Of a stretch of 41,717 bases of DNA, positions 1 through 8,026 are shown piece after piece. Origin of the DNA: Candidatus Daviesbacteria bacterium RIFCSPLOWO2_01_FULL_37_10 (lineage in GTDB: Bacteria > Patescibacteriota > Microgenomatia > Daviesbacterales > UBA10151); the NCBI GenBank assembly GCA_001776865.1, contig MFDK01000004.1, positions 1 to 41,717 on the forward strand, read 5' to 3'. A program made the position numbers and the translations under genes. Numbering within the stretch: the stretch's first letter is position 1; every line of letters starts with the position of its first letter. The notes below the pieces were generated by a model that did not search any database, was not told the origin of the DNA, and worked only from the letters and a program-made list of their open reading frames with translations.

Positions 1-53
1 TCTTCCGTATTTTCATATGTCTTTTTGTCCTTAAATTCTTATACATAATCTTC

Positions 54-614
54 CTACTTTCCAGCCCCTGCTGCTCCTACTTTTCCGGCTTTACCTGCTT
101 TTCTTCTTATATATTCTCCTTCATATCTTATTCCTTTACCTTTATATGGTTCCGGCGGTTTGACATCCCGTATTTTAGCAGCAATTTGTCCAACTAACTC
201 TTTATCAATTCCGGATACGGTTATTTTTGTATTATCCCTTACTTCGAATGTAATACCACTCTGTGCATTTATTACAACTGGATGAGAAAACCCTATATTT
301 AAGTTTAGTTTATCGCCCCCGCCTTCTGCCCTAAAACCAACTCCAATTAGCTCCAAATTTTTAGTCCAGCCTTTTGATACACCTTCTACCATATTAAATA
401 TCAAAGCTCTTGTTAATCCATGCATGGCTTTAGTTGCTTTTTCCTCATTTTTTCTGCTGATCATTACCTGCACTTCTTTTATCTCAACACTAACCCTTTG
501 ATCAAGTATCATTTTCAACTCACCCCTTGATCCACTTACCACTAAAAGGTCTCCAGTTTTTTCAACTGTGACTCCGGCAGGTATTAAAATAGGTGCATTT
601 CCAATTCTTGACAT
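54..614 (-). CDS. rplF: 50S ribosomal protein L6
   Basis: ORF 54..656. From the ATG at 612-614 the product reads MSRIGNAPILIPAGVTVEK..., canonical L6. The 14 upstream codons start at a TTG and overlap rpsH. It follows S8 as in spc operons and has a Gly/Ala/Lys-rich C-terminal tail. Confidence 0.95.
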   Translation of the reverse strand: MSRIGNAPILIPAGVTVEKTGDLLVVSGSRGELKMILDQRVSVEIKEVQVMISRKNEEKATKAMHGLTRALIFNMVEGVSKGWTKNLELIGVGFRAEGGGDKLNLNIGFSHPVVINAQSGITFEVRDNTKITVSGIDKELVGQIAAKIRDVKPPEPYKGKGIRYEGEYIRRKAGKAGKVGAAGAGK

Positions 615-624
615 AGTTTTCTTT

Positions 625-1005
625 CTACCAGACTTCTGCCATAACCTCTCCGCCAAGTTTCATCTTTCTTGCATCTCTATCTGTCAGTAAACCTTTCGGA
701 GTAGAAATAATTGCAATCCCGTATCCATTTAAAACTCTCCTGATTTTTTTTGCTCCACAATATACTCTAAGCCCTGGTTTAGATATCCTTTTTACTTCCA
801 ATAAAGCAGGTTTATGATTTGTATATTTAAGCTTGACCAGAATATCTTTTTTACTAATCTCTGCACTTTGAATATATCCTTCCTTAACTAAAAGTTCACA
901 AATGCCATTTATAAGTTTCGAATAAGGTATGCTGACCATAACTTTTGTGGCCATATATCCATTTTTTATTCTTATTAATGCATCTCCAACAGAATCGTTA
1001 ACCAT
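625..1005 (-). CDS. rpsH: 30S ribosomal protein S8
   Basis: MVNDSVGDALIRIKNGYMA... is canonical S8. ATG at 1003-1005. Operon position is between S14 and L6. Confidence 0.95.
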   Translation of the reverse strand: MVNDSVGDALIRIKNGYMATKVMVSIPYSKLINGICELLVKEGYIQSAEISKKDILVKLKYTNHKPALLEVKRISKPGLRVYCGAKKIRRVLNGYGIAIISTPKGLLTDRDARKMKLGGEVMAEVW

Positions 1006-1026
1006 AATATTTTAAAAACCCCTGTC

Positions 1027-1206
1027 CTACCAACTCGCTTTCTTTACCCCTGGCAGTTGTCCAAGGTGCGCAAGTTCTCTAAAACAAAGCCTGCAAAGCC
1101 CAAATTTTCTAAGGTACCCGCGGGGTCTGCCGCAACGCATGCAGCGGCTATTTGCCTGCACCTGAAACTTAAACTTTTTCTTAACTACGTTGCTTGTTTT
1201 AGCCAT
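1027..1206 (-). CDS. rpsN: 30S ribosomal protein S14, zinc-binding type Z
   Basis: Not in the ORF track (59 codons). The reverse complement reads [59 protein letters not shown], with a CxxC...CxxC pattern. It sits in the expected slot between L5 and S8 and overlaps the rplE stop by 8 nt. Confidence 0.9.
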   Translation of the reverse strand: MAKTSNVVKKKFKFQVQANSRCMRCGRPRGYLRKFGLCRLCFRELAHLGQLPGVKKASW

Positions 1207-1753
1207 TTACTTCTCCTTTCTTAAAAGGCATACCCATAAATTCTAGTAATTTTTTTCCCTCTTCCTTATTTTTCGCTGTCGTAACAATAGTGATTGCCAT
1301 ACCTCTTACCTTATCAATTGTCTTATAATCAACTTCGGGAAAAATTAATTGCTCCCTAATTCCTAATGTAAAATTACCTTTGCCATCAAAAGAGTTACTT
1401 GAAATTCCCCTAAAATCTCTTACCTTTGGTAAAACTATATTAAAAAATTTATCTAAAAAAATATACATTCTACTTCCTCTTAAACTAACCATTACTCCAA
1501 CAGGTGCACCCTGACTTAACTTAAACCCTGCTATTGATTTTTTGGCATATGTTACCACAGGCCGCTGTCCTGCCAAATTTCCAAGATATAAATTTACCTT
1601 ATCAAGGATTCCTTTATCTTCTTTCGCTTCTCCGAGTCCAATGCTTAATACCACTTTTTTAACTCCGGGTATAGCCATTTTGTTTTTTAACTTTAGCTCT
1701 TCCTGCAATTTAGGTAAAACTTCATTAATATATTTATCTTTTAATCTATTCAT
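1199..1753 (-). CDS. rplE: 50S ribosomal protein L5
   Basis: From the ATG at 1751-1753: [24 protein letters not shown]...[10 protein letters not shown], canonical L5. The ORF-track start at 1783 overlaps rplX. Confidence 0.95.
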   Translation of the reverse strand: MNRLKDKYINEVLPKLQEELKLKNKMAIPGVKKVVLSIGLGEAKEDKGILDKVNLYLGNLAGQRPVVTYAKKSIAGFKLSQGAPVGVMVSLRGSRMYIFLDKFFNIVLPKVRDFRGISSNSFDGKGNFTLGIREQLIFPEVDYKTIDKVRGMAITIVTTAKNKEEGKKLLEFMGMPFKKGEVNG

Positions 1754-1758
1754 AAAAA

Positions 1759-2073
1759 TTACTTTGTTATCTCCTTTTTGCATTTCTTACAAAATCTTAA
1801 TTTTATATTCCCTTCTATTTTAAATCCTACCCGCGTTGGCTTTTTACAATTAGGGCAGATTACAGAAACATTTGATAAATTCAAAGGTTTTGCAATATCC
1901 AAAATCTGGCCTTGCTGCCCTGTAACTTTCTTCCCGATATGCCTTTTAACTAAATTTATTCCGCCAACAATTATCTTTTTATCACTGGAAAGGATGCGCT
2001 CAACTCGACCTATCTTTCCACGGTCTTTACCAAGCAACACTATTACGTTGTCTCCTTTTTTTATCTTTTGCAT
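1759..2073 (-). CDS. rplX: 50S ribosomal protein L24 (KOW domain plus C-terminal CxxC...CxxC)
   Basis: From the ATG at 2071-2073: [24 protein letters not shown]..., the KOW motif of L24. The C-terminal half carries CPNC...CKKC. It lies between L14 and L5. Confidence 0.9.
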   Translation of the reverse strand: MQKIKKGDNVIVLLGKDRGKIGRVERILSSDKKIIVGGINLVKRHIGKKVTGQQGQILDIAKPLNLSNVSVICPNCKKPTRVGFKIEGNIKLRFCKKCKKEITK

Positions 2074-2077
2074 ATAT

Positions 2078-2446
2078 TTACCAAACTTCCGGGGCAAGAG
2101 ATACAATTTTGCTGTACCCTGCCTCTCTTACCTCTCTTGCTATTGGTCCAAAAATCCTTGTTGAGCGTAAATTTCCATCCTTATCAACTAAAACTCCTGC
2201 ATTATCATCAAATTTTATATATGAACCATCGTCTCTTCTTTTTTCTTTTTTTGTCCTTACAACTACAACCCTGACAATTTCACTTTTCTTTGCCTGCCCG
2301 TTTGGATCAGCGCTTTTGACAACAGCAACTAAAAGTTCACCAAGAGAAGCCTTCCTTTTACCTGATCCACCCAAAGGTTGAATCACCTGTAATCTCTTAG
2401 CTCCTGAATTATCTGCAACATTTAAAATACTTCTGTGTTGAACCAT
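2078..2446 (-). CDS. rplN: 50S ribosomal protein L14
   Basis: [23 protein letters not shown]... is canonical L14. Confidence 0.97.
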   Translation of the reverse strand: MVQHRSILNVADNSGAKRLQVIQPLGGSGKRKASLGELLVAVVKSADPNGQAKKSEIVRVVVVRTKKEKRRDDGSYIKFDDNAGVLVDKDGNLRSTRIFGPIAREVREAGYSKIVSLAPEVW

Positions 2447-2454
2447 AAATTTAG

Positions 2455-2482
2455 CTATCAGTCTTCAGCTATCAGCTTTCAG
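2455..2482. repeat. Heptamer tandem array (CTWTCAG)x4
   Basis: Reads ctatcag tcttcag ctatcag ctttcag. It spans the rplN-rpsQ spacer and the rpsQ stop codon. The same units occur at 18701-18721. Confidence 0.8.
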
Positions 2483-2873
2483 ACTTCTCCTTTCTTTTAA
2501 CTTTAGTTTTCTTTTTAGTTTTTTCTTCTGTTTCATTATCTGATGTCTGATGACTGATGTCTGACGACTCTTCTCTCTTTTCTTCAGGCATTACTTCTGC
2601 TATTGCTTCCTTTGCAGCGTTTTTAAGGTCTTCTTTTGCGACTGCTTCAAACTGTCTCCCGACAACTTTACTAACCTTCCAGAATTTCTTTCTTGAAAGG
2701 GGTTTTACTGGAACTATTTCTATTACATCACCCAAAATTACACCCAATTCATCATGCGCAAGAAATTTTTTGCTTCTTTTGTATGTTTTTTTATACAGCG
2801 GATGCTTCTTGGTAGAAGTTATCAAAACCACTGCTGTATCTTTCATTTTTGTTGAAACAACTCGTCCAATCAT
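2472..2873 (-). CDS. rpsQ: 30S ribosomal protein S17 with ~50-aa charged C-terminal extension
   Basis: MIGRVVSTKMKDTAVVLITSTKKHPLYKKTYKRSKKFLAHD... is canonical S17. The tail ...SSDISHQTSDNETEEKTKKKTKVKRKEKSES is encoded by repeat-derived DNA. Confidence 0.9.
   Translation of the reverse strand: MIGRVVSTKMKDTAVVLITSTKKHPLYKKTYKRSKKFLAHDELGVILGDVIEIVPVKPLSRKKFWKVSKVVGRQFEAVAKEDLKNAAKEAIAEVMPEEKREESSDISHQTSDNETEEKTKKKTKVKRKEKSES
2538..2565. repeat. Heptamer tandem array (NNCTGAY)x4, inverted relative to 2455-2482
   Basis: Reads atctgat gtctgat gactgat gtctgac. It lies inside the rpsQ tail coding region and is preceded by a T-rich tract, as at 18736-18762 and 6396-6436. Confidence 0.8.
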
Positions 2874-3103
2874 ATCTTTGACTCCTTGCTTAACTCTTCA
2901 ACTAACTCCTTCTGTCTCAAAATCGTCATCATCTGTGCAATATCTTTTCTTTTTTTGTAAATTCCCTTTATGTCTTTTGAGCCCTTCACTCCTTGCTCTC
3001 TTGCTATAAAAAGCCCTGCCATATCAACTTTAGATTCTTTAATCTTTTTAACAAGATCTTTTATCTCCATATTCTTGATTCCCTTTAAGTCAGTCTTTTT
3101 CAT
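2870..3103 (-). CDS. rpmC: 50S ribosomal protein L29
   Basis: From the ATG at 3101-3103: MKKTDLKGIKNMEIKDLVKKIKESK... It sits in the slot between L16 and S17. The ORF-track start at 3109 is a TTG. Confidence 0.85.
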   Translation of the reverse strand: MKKTDLKGIKNMEIKDLVKKIKESKVDMAGLFIAREQGVKGSKDIKGIYKKRKDIAQMMTILRQKELVEELSKESKI

Positions 3104-3105
3104 AG

Positions 3106-3525
3106 TCAAAACTCTCCCTTGATGATAAATTTCGTTGAAACGGGAAGCTTATGTGCTGCAAGCCTCATTGCCTCCGTTGCTATATCTGTCGTTACAGCTC
3201 CCATTTCAAAAATAAATTGTCCTCTTTTTACAACAGCCACATACCCTTCAACATCTCCTTTACCAGAACCCATTGGAGCCTCTGCCGGATGCTTCGTGAT
3301 AGGTTTATCAGGAAAAACTCTAATCCAAATACGACCGCCTCTTTTAGTATAATTAGTCATCGCCCTTCTAGCAGCTTCAATCTGTCTACTCGTTAACCAG
3401 CCAGACTCCATAGCTTTTAATCCAAATTGCCCAAAGTTCAATTTGTTAGATCTCGTAGCAATACCCCCCATCTTACCTCTAAACTGTTTTCTATATTTTG
3501 TTCTCCCTGGTTGAAGTAATGCCAT
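3106..3525 (-). CDS. rplP: 50S ribosomal protein L16
   Basis: [21 protein letters not shown]... is canonical L16. Confidence 0.97.
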   Translation of the reverse strand: MALLQPGRTKYRKQFRGKMGGIATRSNKLNFGQFGLKAMESGWLTSRQIEAARRAMTNYTKRGGRIWIRVFPDKPITKHPAEAPMGSGKGDVEGYVAVVKRGQFIFEMGAVTTDIATEAMRLAAHKLPVSTKFIIKGEF

Positions 3526-3526
3526 A

Positions 3527-4168
3527 TTATATTTCCACCTCTCCTTTGTTTATCCAAACTTTCACTCCAACGAACCCTGACTTTGTCAGTGCCGGGAAAG
3601 ATGCAAAATCTATATCCTGCCTTAGAGTATGCAGCGGCATAACTCCAGAAGCCTTCCATTCTCTTCTTGCAATTTCTGCCCCGTTTATTCTTCCGGATAC
3701 AACCACCCGTACTCCTTTTGCGCCTGCTCTCATAACTCTATCTATTGTTTGGTTCATGACTCTTTGCGCAGGAAGCCTTCTTATAAGCTGCTCAGCTACT
3801 CCCTGAGCAACCAGGTATGCTGATAAATCAACTGAACGTATATCCTGAGGAGCAATCTCCAAAGCATTTTCACTTTTTATCTTTAGCTCTTTTAATAAAA
3901 ACTTCTTCAACTCTGTAAGACCTGTCCCTCCTCTGCCTATTAAAACTCCGGGTCTTGCTACAAAAATAAAAACTTTGAGTTTATTAATTGATCTTTCTAT
4001 TTCAATATTTGCAACTCCTGCAGTTTTTAATTTTTTCATCAAAATTTCCCTGATTTTTAAATCTTCTCTTAAAGTTTCCTTGTATTTTCTGCTGTCTGCA
4101 AACCACCTGGATTTCCAGGGTGCAGCACCTCCTATTCTAAGCCCTACCGGATGTATCTTCTGTCCCAT
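3527..4168 (-). CDS. rpsC: 30S ribosomal protein S3
   Basis: [14 protein letters not shown]... has the KH and S3-C signature. Confidence 0.97.
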   Translation of the reverse strand: MGQKIHPVGLRIGGAAPWKSRWFADSRKYKETLREDLKIREILMKKLKTAGVANIEIERSINKLKVFIFVARPGVLIGRGGTGLTELKKFLLKELKIKSENALEIAPQDIRSVDLSAYLVAQGVAEQLIRRLPAQRVMNQTIDRVMRAGAKGVRVVVSGRINGAEIARREWKASGVMPLHTLRQDIDFASFPALTKSGFVGVKVWINKGEVEI

Positions 4169-4626
4169 TATTTTTTGGACGATTCCGTCTCTCCTCCTTC
4201 TGTTAATTTAGTTTCTACTGCAGAATCGTCCACCCCGATCTTTTTCTCGACATTGTGTGTTTTTGTTTTTAACTTGTTTCTTGTTTCTTGTTTCTTAATC
4301 CTTAATTCATCCGTTAGGACAATTTTTATGTGTGCCATTCTTCTTTTATATGGCTTTGCTCTTCCTTTTGCTCCTGCTCGAAACCTTTTCATCTTTGGAC
4401 CTTCATTAATTTCAATTTTCTCAAAGCTTACTTTTTCCATACCTTTTTGTTTTGCGTTTGCTAAAACTGTTTGTATTGCCTTTACTAACTCTCCCGCTGC
4501 TGCTTTATTGGTAAAACGCAAAGATTCTAAAGCCTTTTCAGGCTCCATTTTTCGCACCATATCAGAAACCAGCCGAAGTTTACGCGGACTTGTATGTATA
4601 AATTTTTGTATCGTTTGTATTTGCAT
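4168..4626 (-). CDS. rplV: 50S ribosomal protein L22 with ~40-aa C-terminal extension
   Basis: ...HTSPRKLRLVSDMVRKM...ANAKQKG... is the L22 core. The tail is ELRIKKQETRNKLKTKTHNVEKKIGVDDSAVETKLTEGGETESSKK. Confidence 0.93.
   Translation of the reverse strand: MQIQTIQKFIHTSPRKLRLVSDMVRKMEPEKALESLRFTNKAAAGELVKAIQTVLANAKQKGMEKVSFEKIEINEGPKMKRFRAGAKGRAKPYKRRMAHIKIVLTDELRIKKQETRNKLKTKTHNVEKKIGVDDSAVETKLTEGGETESSKK
4273..4296. repeat. Heptamer tandem array (CTTGTTT)x3.4 inside the rplV tail
   Basis: Reads cttgttt cttgttt cttgttt ctt. It encodes KKQETRNK on the minus strand. Confidence 0.8.
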
Positions 4627-4637
4627 AATCTCTCCTT

Positions 4638-4704
4638 GTCATTCCGGACTTGATCCGGAATCTATACACATATTGTATAGATCCTGAAACGAGTTCAGGA
4701 TGAC
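4638..4704. repeat. Composite GTCAT...ATGAC hairpin element (three consecutive hairpins)
   Basis: Three hairpins: gtcattccggacttgatccggaatc (4638-4662), ctatacacatattgtatag (4662-4680) and gatcctgaaacgagttcaggatgac (4680-4704). They fill the rplV-rpsS spacer. The architecture matches 8871-8929. Confidence 0.85.
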
Positions 4705-4711
4705 GATATTG

Positions 4712-4996
4712 TTATGTTTTCTCCAAAGTTCTCTTTGTAACTTGTCCATGTCCGTGAAACTTTCTTGTTGGAGCAAATTCTCCAAGCCTGTGTCCAACCA
4801 TAGATTCACTAATAAAAACAGTAACAAAGTTTTTCCCTTGATGGACTAAAAATGTATGGCTTACAAATTCAGGCGGAATTTGAGATCTTCTAGCCCAGGT
4901 TTTAATCGGGTCTTTTTTGCCGTTTGTCTTTTGCAACATTACTTTTTTAAGTAACTTCTCGTCCACATACGGACCTTTTTTACTAGATCTAGACAT
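4712..4996 (-). CDS. rpsS: 30S ribosomal protein S19
   Basis: [19 protein letters not shown]... is canonical S19. Confidence 0.97.
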   Translation of the reverse strand: MSRSSKKGPYVDEKLLKKVMLQKTNGKKDPIKTWARRSQIPPEFVSHTFLVHQGKNFVTVFISESMVGHRLGEFAPTRKFHGHGQVTKRTLEKT

Positions 4997-5745
4997 TATG
5001 TTTTTCTCCTTTTCAAAATATACTTACTTGTCCATTTCTTTTTATTTCTGGTTTTTCCAACTGCCGGTCTGCCATAAACCGTCATCGGTTTTTTACGACC
5101 CACTCCTGATCGACCTTCTCCGCCTCCATGCGGATGCGAATCAGGATCCTGTGCTACTCCTCTTACTGTTGGTCTAATTCCCATCCAACGGGATCGCCCT
5201 GCTTTTCCAATAACCCTGTTTCTATACTCCTCATTTCCTAAGCTTCCAATCGTAGCCAAAGAAAGAAGAGATACCTTCCTAATCTCTCCGCTTGGCATTT
5301 TAAGATGAGCAAACCCGCCTTCTTTTGCAGAGAGCTGTACTCCAGCTCCGGCAACTCTTGCAACCTGCCCCCCTTTACCAGGACTTAGTTCAACATTATG
5401 AACAATAGTTCCTATAGGAATATTTTTAAGCCTCATTGCATTTCCGGGCTTAACTTCTACCTTTTCCCCTGAAATAACCTTATCTCCAACTTTAAAACCT
5501 TTGGCTCCTAAAATATATCTAAAAGACCCATCCGGGTATTTTACCAGAGCTACGCTAACATTTCTATTCGGATCATATTCCAAAGCTATAATCTCCCCCT
5601 CTATCCCAAAATTCTCTCTTTTAAAATCAATCTCTCTCCAGTATCTTTTGTGTCTTCCCCCCTGATGACGTACGCTAATTTTCCCGGAAGCACTTCTTCC
5701 GGAATTCTTTTTTAAAATTGTTTTCAGACTCTTGACTCTTTTCAT
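4996..5745 (-). CDS. rplB: 50S ribosomal protein L2
   Basis: ...[12 protein letters not shown]...[11 protein letters not shown]... are L2 signatures. Confidence 0.97.
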   Translation of the reverse strand: MKRVKSLKTILKKNSGRSASGKISVRHQGGRHKRYWREIDFKRENFGIEGEIIALEYDPNRNVSVALVKYPDGSFRYILGAKGFKVGDKVISGEKVEVKPGNAMRLKNIPIGTIVHNVELSPGKGGQVARVAGAGVQLSAKEGGFAHLKMPSGEIRKVSLLSLATIGSLGNEEYRNRVIGKAGRSRWMGIRPTVRGVAQDPDSHPHGGGEGRSGVGRKKPMTVYGRPAVGKTRNKKKWTSKYILKRRKT

Positions 5746-5746
5746 A

Positions 5747-6202
5747 TTATTTTCCTGTAATAACCTTTCTTTGTGTTGTCGGAGCTACTCCAGGTGCCCC
5801 GCCTGCCGGACGGGCAGACCCTTTTTCAATCTTAACTTTTGTATTTCTGAATATATCTTTTTTCTCCTTCATAACAATTGGTTCACCTTCGGCAGTTGTA
5901 ACGGTTACCTCATTTTCTTCAGGTGCTTGTTCAAAAATAGAAATCTTTTGACCGGATTTAAGCTGTACCATTGCTTTTTTAAAACCTTTTGTAAAATAGG
6001 ACTTTCTCACTCTTCTTTGAAACTTTACCTCTCCTTTAACAATAATTGTTTTTACGCTTACTACATCAACTTTAAATTGGTCTGCTACGGCTTTTGCAAT
6101 TTGGGGTTTACTCGCATGTTTATCTACTAAAAATGTATATAAACTATTGTCTGTAAACTTCATTGACTTTTCCGTAACAATCGGCTTTCTTAAAACTATC
6201 AT
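5747..6202 (-). CDS. rplW: 50S ribosomal protein L23 with ~55-aa C-terminal extension
   Basis: MIVLRKPIVTEKSMKF...FLVDKHASKPQIAKAV... is the L23 core. An extra C-terminal segment ends ...GSARPAGGAPGVAPTTQRKVITGK. Confidence 0.9.
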   Translation of the reverse strand: MIVLRKPIVTEKSMKFTDNSLYTFLVDKHASKPQIAKAVADQFKVDVVSVKTIIVKGEVKFQRRVRKSYFTKGFKKAMVQLKSGQKISIFEQAPEENEVTVTTAEGEPIVMKEKKDIFRNTKVKIEKGSARPAGGAPGVAPTTQRKVITGK

Positions 6203-7002
6203 TTTACTATCTCCTTTTTATCGTTTTGTAAGATCGTCACTGCTTCTTTTGTTAGAAGCAATATCTGATGCCTTAAAATCTCATAAGCATTTATCTGATT
6301 AGCAGGTAAAACATCAATCCCGGGGATATTCCTTACTCCACGAACAATATTATCCATCTTTTCTCCAGTAACTATAAGAGAACTGACATTTTTTTGTTTT
6401 TTCTTGTCTAATGACTGATGACTGATGACTGATGACACTAACTTAGCCATTTCTTTTGTTTTACCTGTAGCTTTTTCTAAACCGGTAAGAGCAATTATTT
6501 CTGCGTCAATCGCTTTTGAAGATAACGCCGAAATTAGTGCTGCTTTTTTCATTTTCCTGGGGAGATCTAGTCTCGATCTTCTCGGAGTAGGACCAAAAAC
6601 TATTCCTCCGCCTACAAAAATAGGAGCTTTTTTAGCTCCATGCCTTGCTCTACCTGTTCCTTTTTGCCTGTAAATTTTAGCTGTTGAACCCTGAACTTCA
6701 CCACGAGTTTTAGTAGAACCGGGGTGTGATTTTTGGTTTGACATGTAAACTCTAAGCGCCTGCGCTAAAAGTTTTTTATTAACCTTCCCTCTAAAAATTT
6801 CCTTTGGCAACTCAAAAGTCCCGGAGGCTTTTCCGACTAAAGAATAAACAGGGACGGAAAAAGATGTAGTTCTCGAGCTCGCTCGAACACTAATTTTATT
6901 CTTCGAACGAGCGCTAACGAGTCGAGAAGTTTCCTTGGAAACTATAATTTTTTTACTTGTCACTTGTACTTTGTTACTTGTTACCTTTTTTTTAACTGGC
7001 AT
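6199..7002 (-). CDS. rplD: 50S ribosomal protein L4 with ~50-aa N-terminal extension and an internal repeat-derived insert
   Basis: ...KGTGRARHGAKKAPIFVGGGIVFGP... is the L4 signature. The Lys/Ser-rich N-terminus is MPVKKKVTSNKVQVTSKK... The internal VSSVISHQSLDKKKQKN is encoded by the heptamer element at 6396-6436. Confidence 0.9.
   Translation of the reverse strand: MPVKKKVTSNKVQVTSKKIIVSKETSRLVSARSKNKISVRASSRTTSFSVPVYSLVGKASGTFELPKEIFRGKVNKKLLAQALRVYMSNQKSHPGSTKTRGEVQGSTAKIYRQKGTGRARHGAKKAPIFVGGGIVFGPTPRRSRLDLPRKMKKAALISALSSKAIDAEIIALTGLEKATGKTKEMAKLVSSVISHQSLDKKKQKNVSSLIVTGEKMDNIVRGVRNIPGIDVLPANQINAYEILRHQILLLTKEAVTILQNDKKEIVK
6412..6436. repeat. Heptamer tandem array (TGACTGA)x3.6 inside rplD
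   Basis: Reads tgactga tgactga tgactga tgac, preceded by gttttttcttgtcta. It is about 27/32 identical to the rpoB-rpoC spacer arm gtttttttgtctgaagactgatgactgat by hand alignment. Confidence 0.8.
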
Positions 7003-7774
7003 TTTGCTCCTCTTCTTTCACCTCGGAGGTGTTTTCCTCTGTAACCTCAGATTTCACCTCGGAGGTGTTTGCTGTTATTTCCTCAGATTCTTCTTCCTTT
7101 TCCTCTGGAGGAGGAGTATATCCTTTAACCCTACCTAGCTTTTCAACTTTTATTAATCCTCCAGTTGAACCTGGAATTGCACCTTTTATAGTTAAAAGAT
7201 TTTTCTCTTTATCCAAAGCAACTACTTCCAAATTTTTAGTGGAAACAGTTTCACTTCCCATATGCCCTGCCATTTTTTTGCCTTTGTAAACTCTTCCCGG
7301 AGTTGTTCCTGAACCGATTGAACCCGGGGCTCTGTGCCTATCTGATTGGCCGTGAGTTTTTGGTCCACCATGAAACCCCCATCGTCTTACTCCTCCTTGA
7401 AAACCTTTTCCTTTAGAGATTCCGGAAACTTTAACTGAGTCTCCAATAGAAAAAACCTGAGCCAGATTAATTTCTGTCCCAGGCTTTACATCATCCGTAA
7501 TTCTTGATTCTTGATTCTTGATTCTGATTTCTCTAAACCATCTAATAGGTTTTTCAACTCCGGCTTTTCTACCATGTCCAAGTTGTGGTTTCTTAACACT
7601 TTTCTTGGTTCCAAACCCAAGTTGAATTGCGCTGTATCCATCCTTACTTTCCGTAGTTTTAATTTGAGTTACAAAATTTGGAGAAATTTCAACCACAGTT
7701 GCACCAACCCGTCTTCCACGGGAATCATAAGTACTTGTCATTCCTTTTTTTATACCTAAAAGTGTACTAATCAT
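6992..7774 (-). CDS. rplC: 50S ribosomal protein L3 with acidic C-terminal extension
   Basis: ...GKGFQGGVRRWGFHGGPKTHGQSDRHRAPGSIG... is the L3 signature. The tail PPPEEKEEESEEITANTSEVKSEVTEENTSEVKEEEQNAS contains an 18-19-nt direct repeat (7017-7034 and 7052-7070). Confidence 0.95.
   Translation of the reverse strand: MISTLLGIKKGMTSTYDSRGRRVGATVVEISPNFVTQIKTTESKDGYSAIQLGFGTKKSVKKPQLGHGRKAGVEKPIRWFREIRIKNQESRITDDVKPGTEINLAQVFSIGDSVKVSGISKGKGFQGGVRRWGFHGGPKTHGQSDRHRAPGSIGSGTTPGRVYKGKKMAGHMGSETVSTKNLEVVALDKEKNLLTIKGAIPGSTGGLIKVEKLGRVKGYTPPPEEKEEESEEITANTSEVKSEVTEENTSEVKEEEQNAS
7501..7528. repeat. Heptamer tandem array (TTCTTGA)x3 plus a variant, inside rplC
   Basis: Reads ttcttga ttcttga ttcttga ttctgat. 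It encodes RIKNQESRI on the minus strand. Confidence 0.8.
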
Positions 7775-7783
7775 AATTTACAC

Positions 7784-7821
7784 AAAAAAGAGTGACCTTC
7801 AACCAATGGCTGAGATCACTC
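7784..7821 (-). promoter_or_regulatory. Hairpin plus U6 immediately upstream of rplC (attenuator- or terminator-like)
   Basis: The minus strand reads gagtgatctcagccattggttgaaggtcactc followed by tttttt, then gtgtaaa and the rplC ATG. The stem is only 6-7 bp with a 17-nt loop, so this is weak. Confidence 0.3.
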
Positions 7822-7973
7822 AGTAAACGTGTCATCAATCGTCGTATCCTGGGCAGTTTCGTGGACGCACGATCTACTGAAATTTATTCTTAAGTAAACT
7901 TAAGAAGTGTTTTTAAACATCTAAGGAAATTTTAACAGAAGCTACGCTCAAATGCAAGTGACGAGCGCAGCGA

Positions 7974-7998
7974 GTCATCCTGAACGAAGCGAAGGATC
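7974..7998 (+). repeat. GTCAT-headed hairpin repeat
   Basis: Reads gtcatcctgaacgaagcgaaggatc in the rpsJ-rplC spacer. It is preceded by gtgacgagc, the tail motif of the ruvX-flanking elements. Confidence 0.75.
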
Positions 7999-8026
7999 TC
8001 TCAGCTTGTCTAATCCGCCTAGCGGA

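Noticed and set aside
1-17. Possible start of rplR (minus strand ATG at 15-17, MKIRK...)
   Set aside because: The position after rplF is right for L18, but only five codons are inside the window. That is too little to support a feature.
4639-4827. 62-aa minus-strand ORF overlapping the rplV-rpsS spacer and rpsS
   Set aside because: It starts out of frame inside rpsS and runs into hairpin repeat DNA. It is a shadow or repeat artefact.
7777-7812. Possible fourth 3'-end relic (rpsJ end duplicated just upstream of rplC)
   Set aside because: The shared strings are ttaca, tcaacc and tg.ctg in the same order as the rpsJ terminus. Identity is only about 60% with gaps in AT-rich sequence, which is not convincing by eye.
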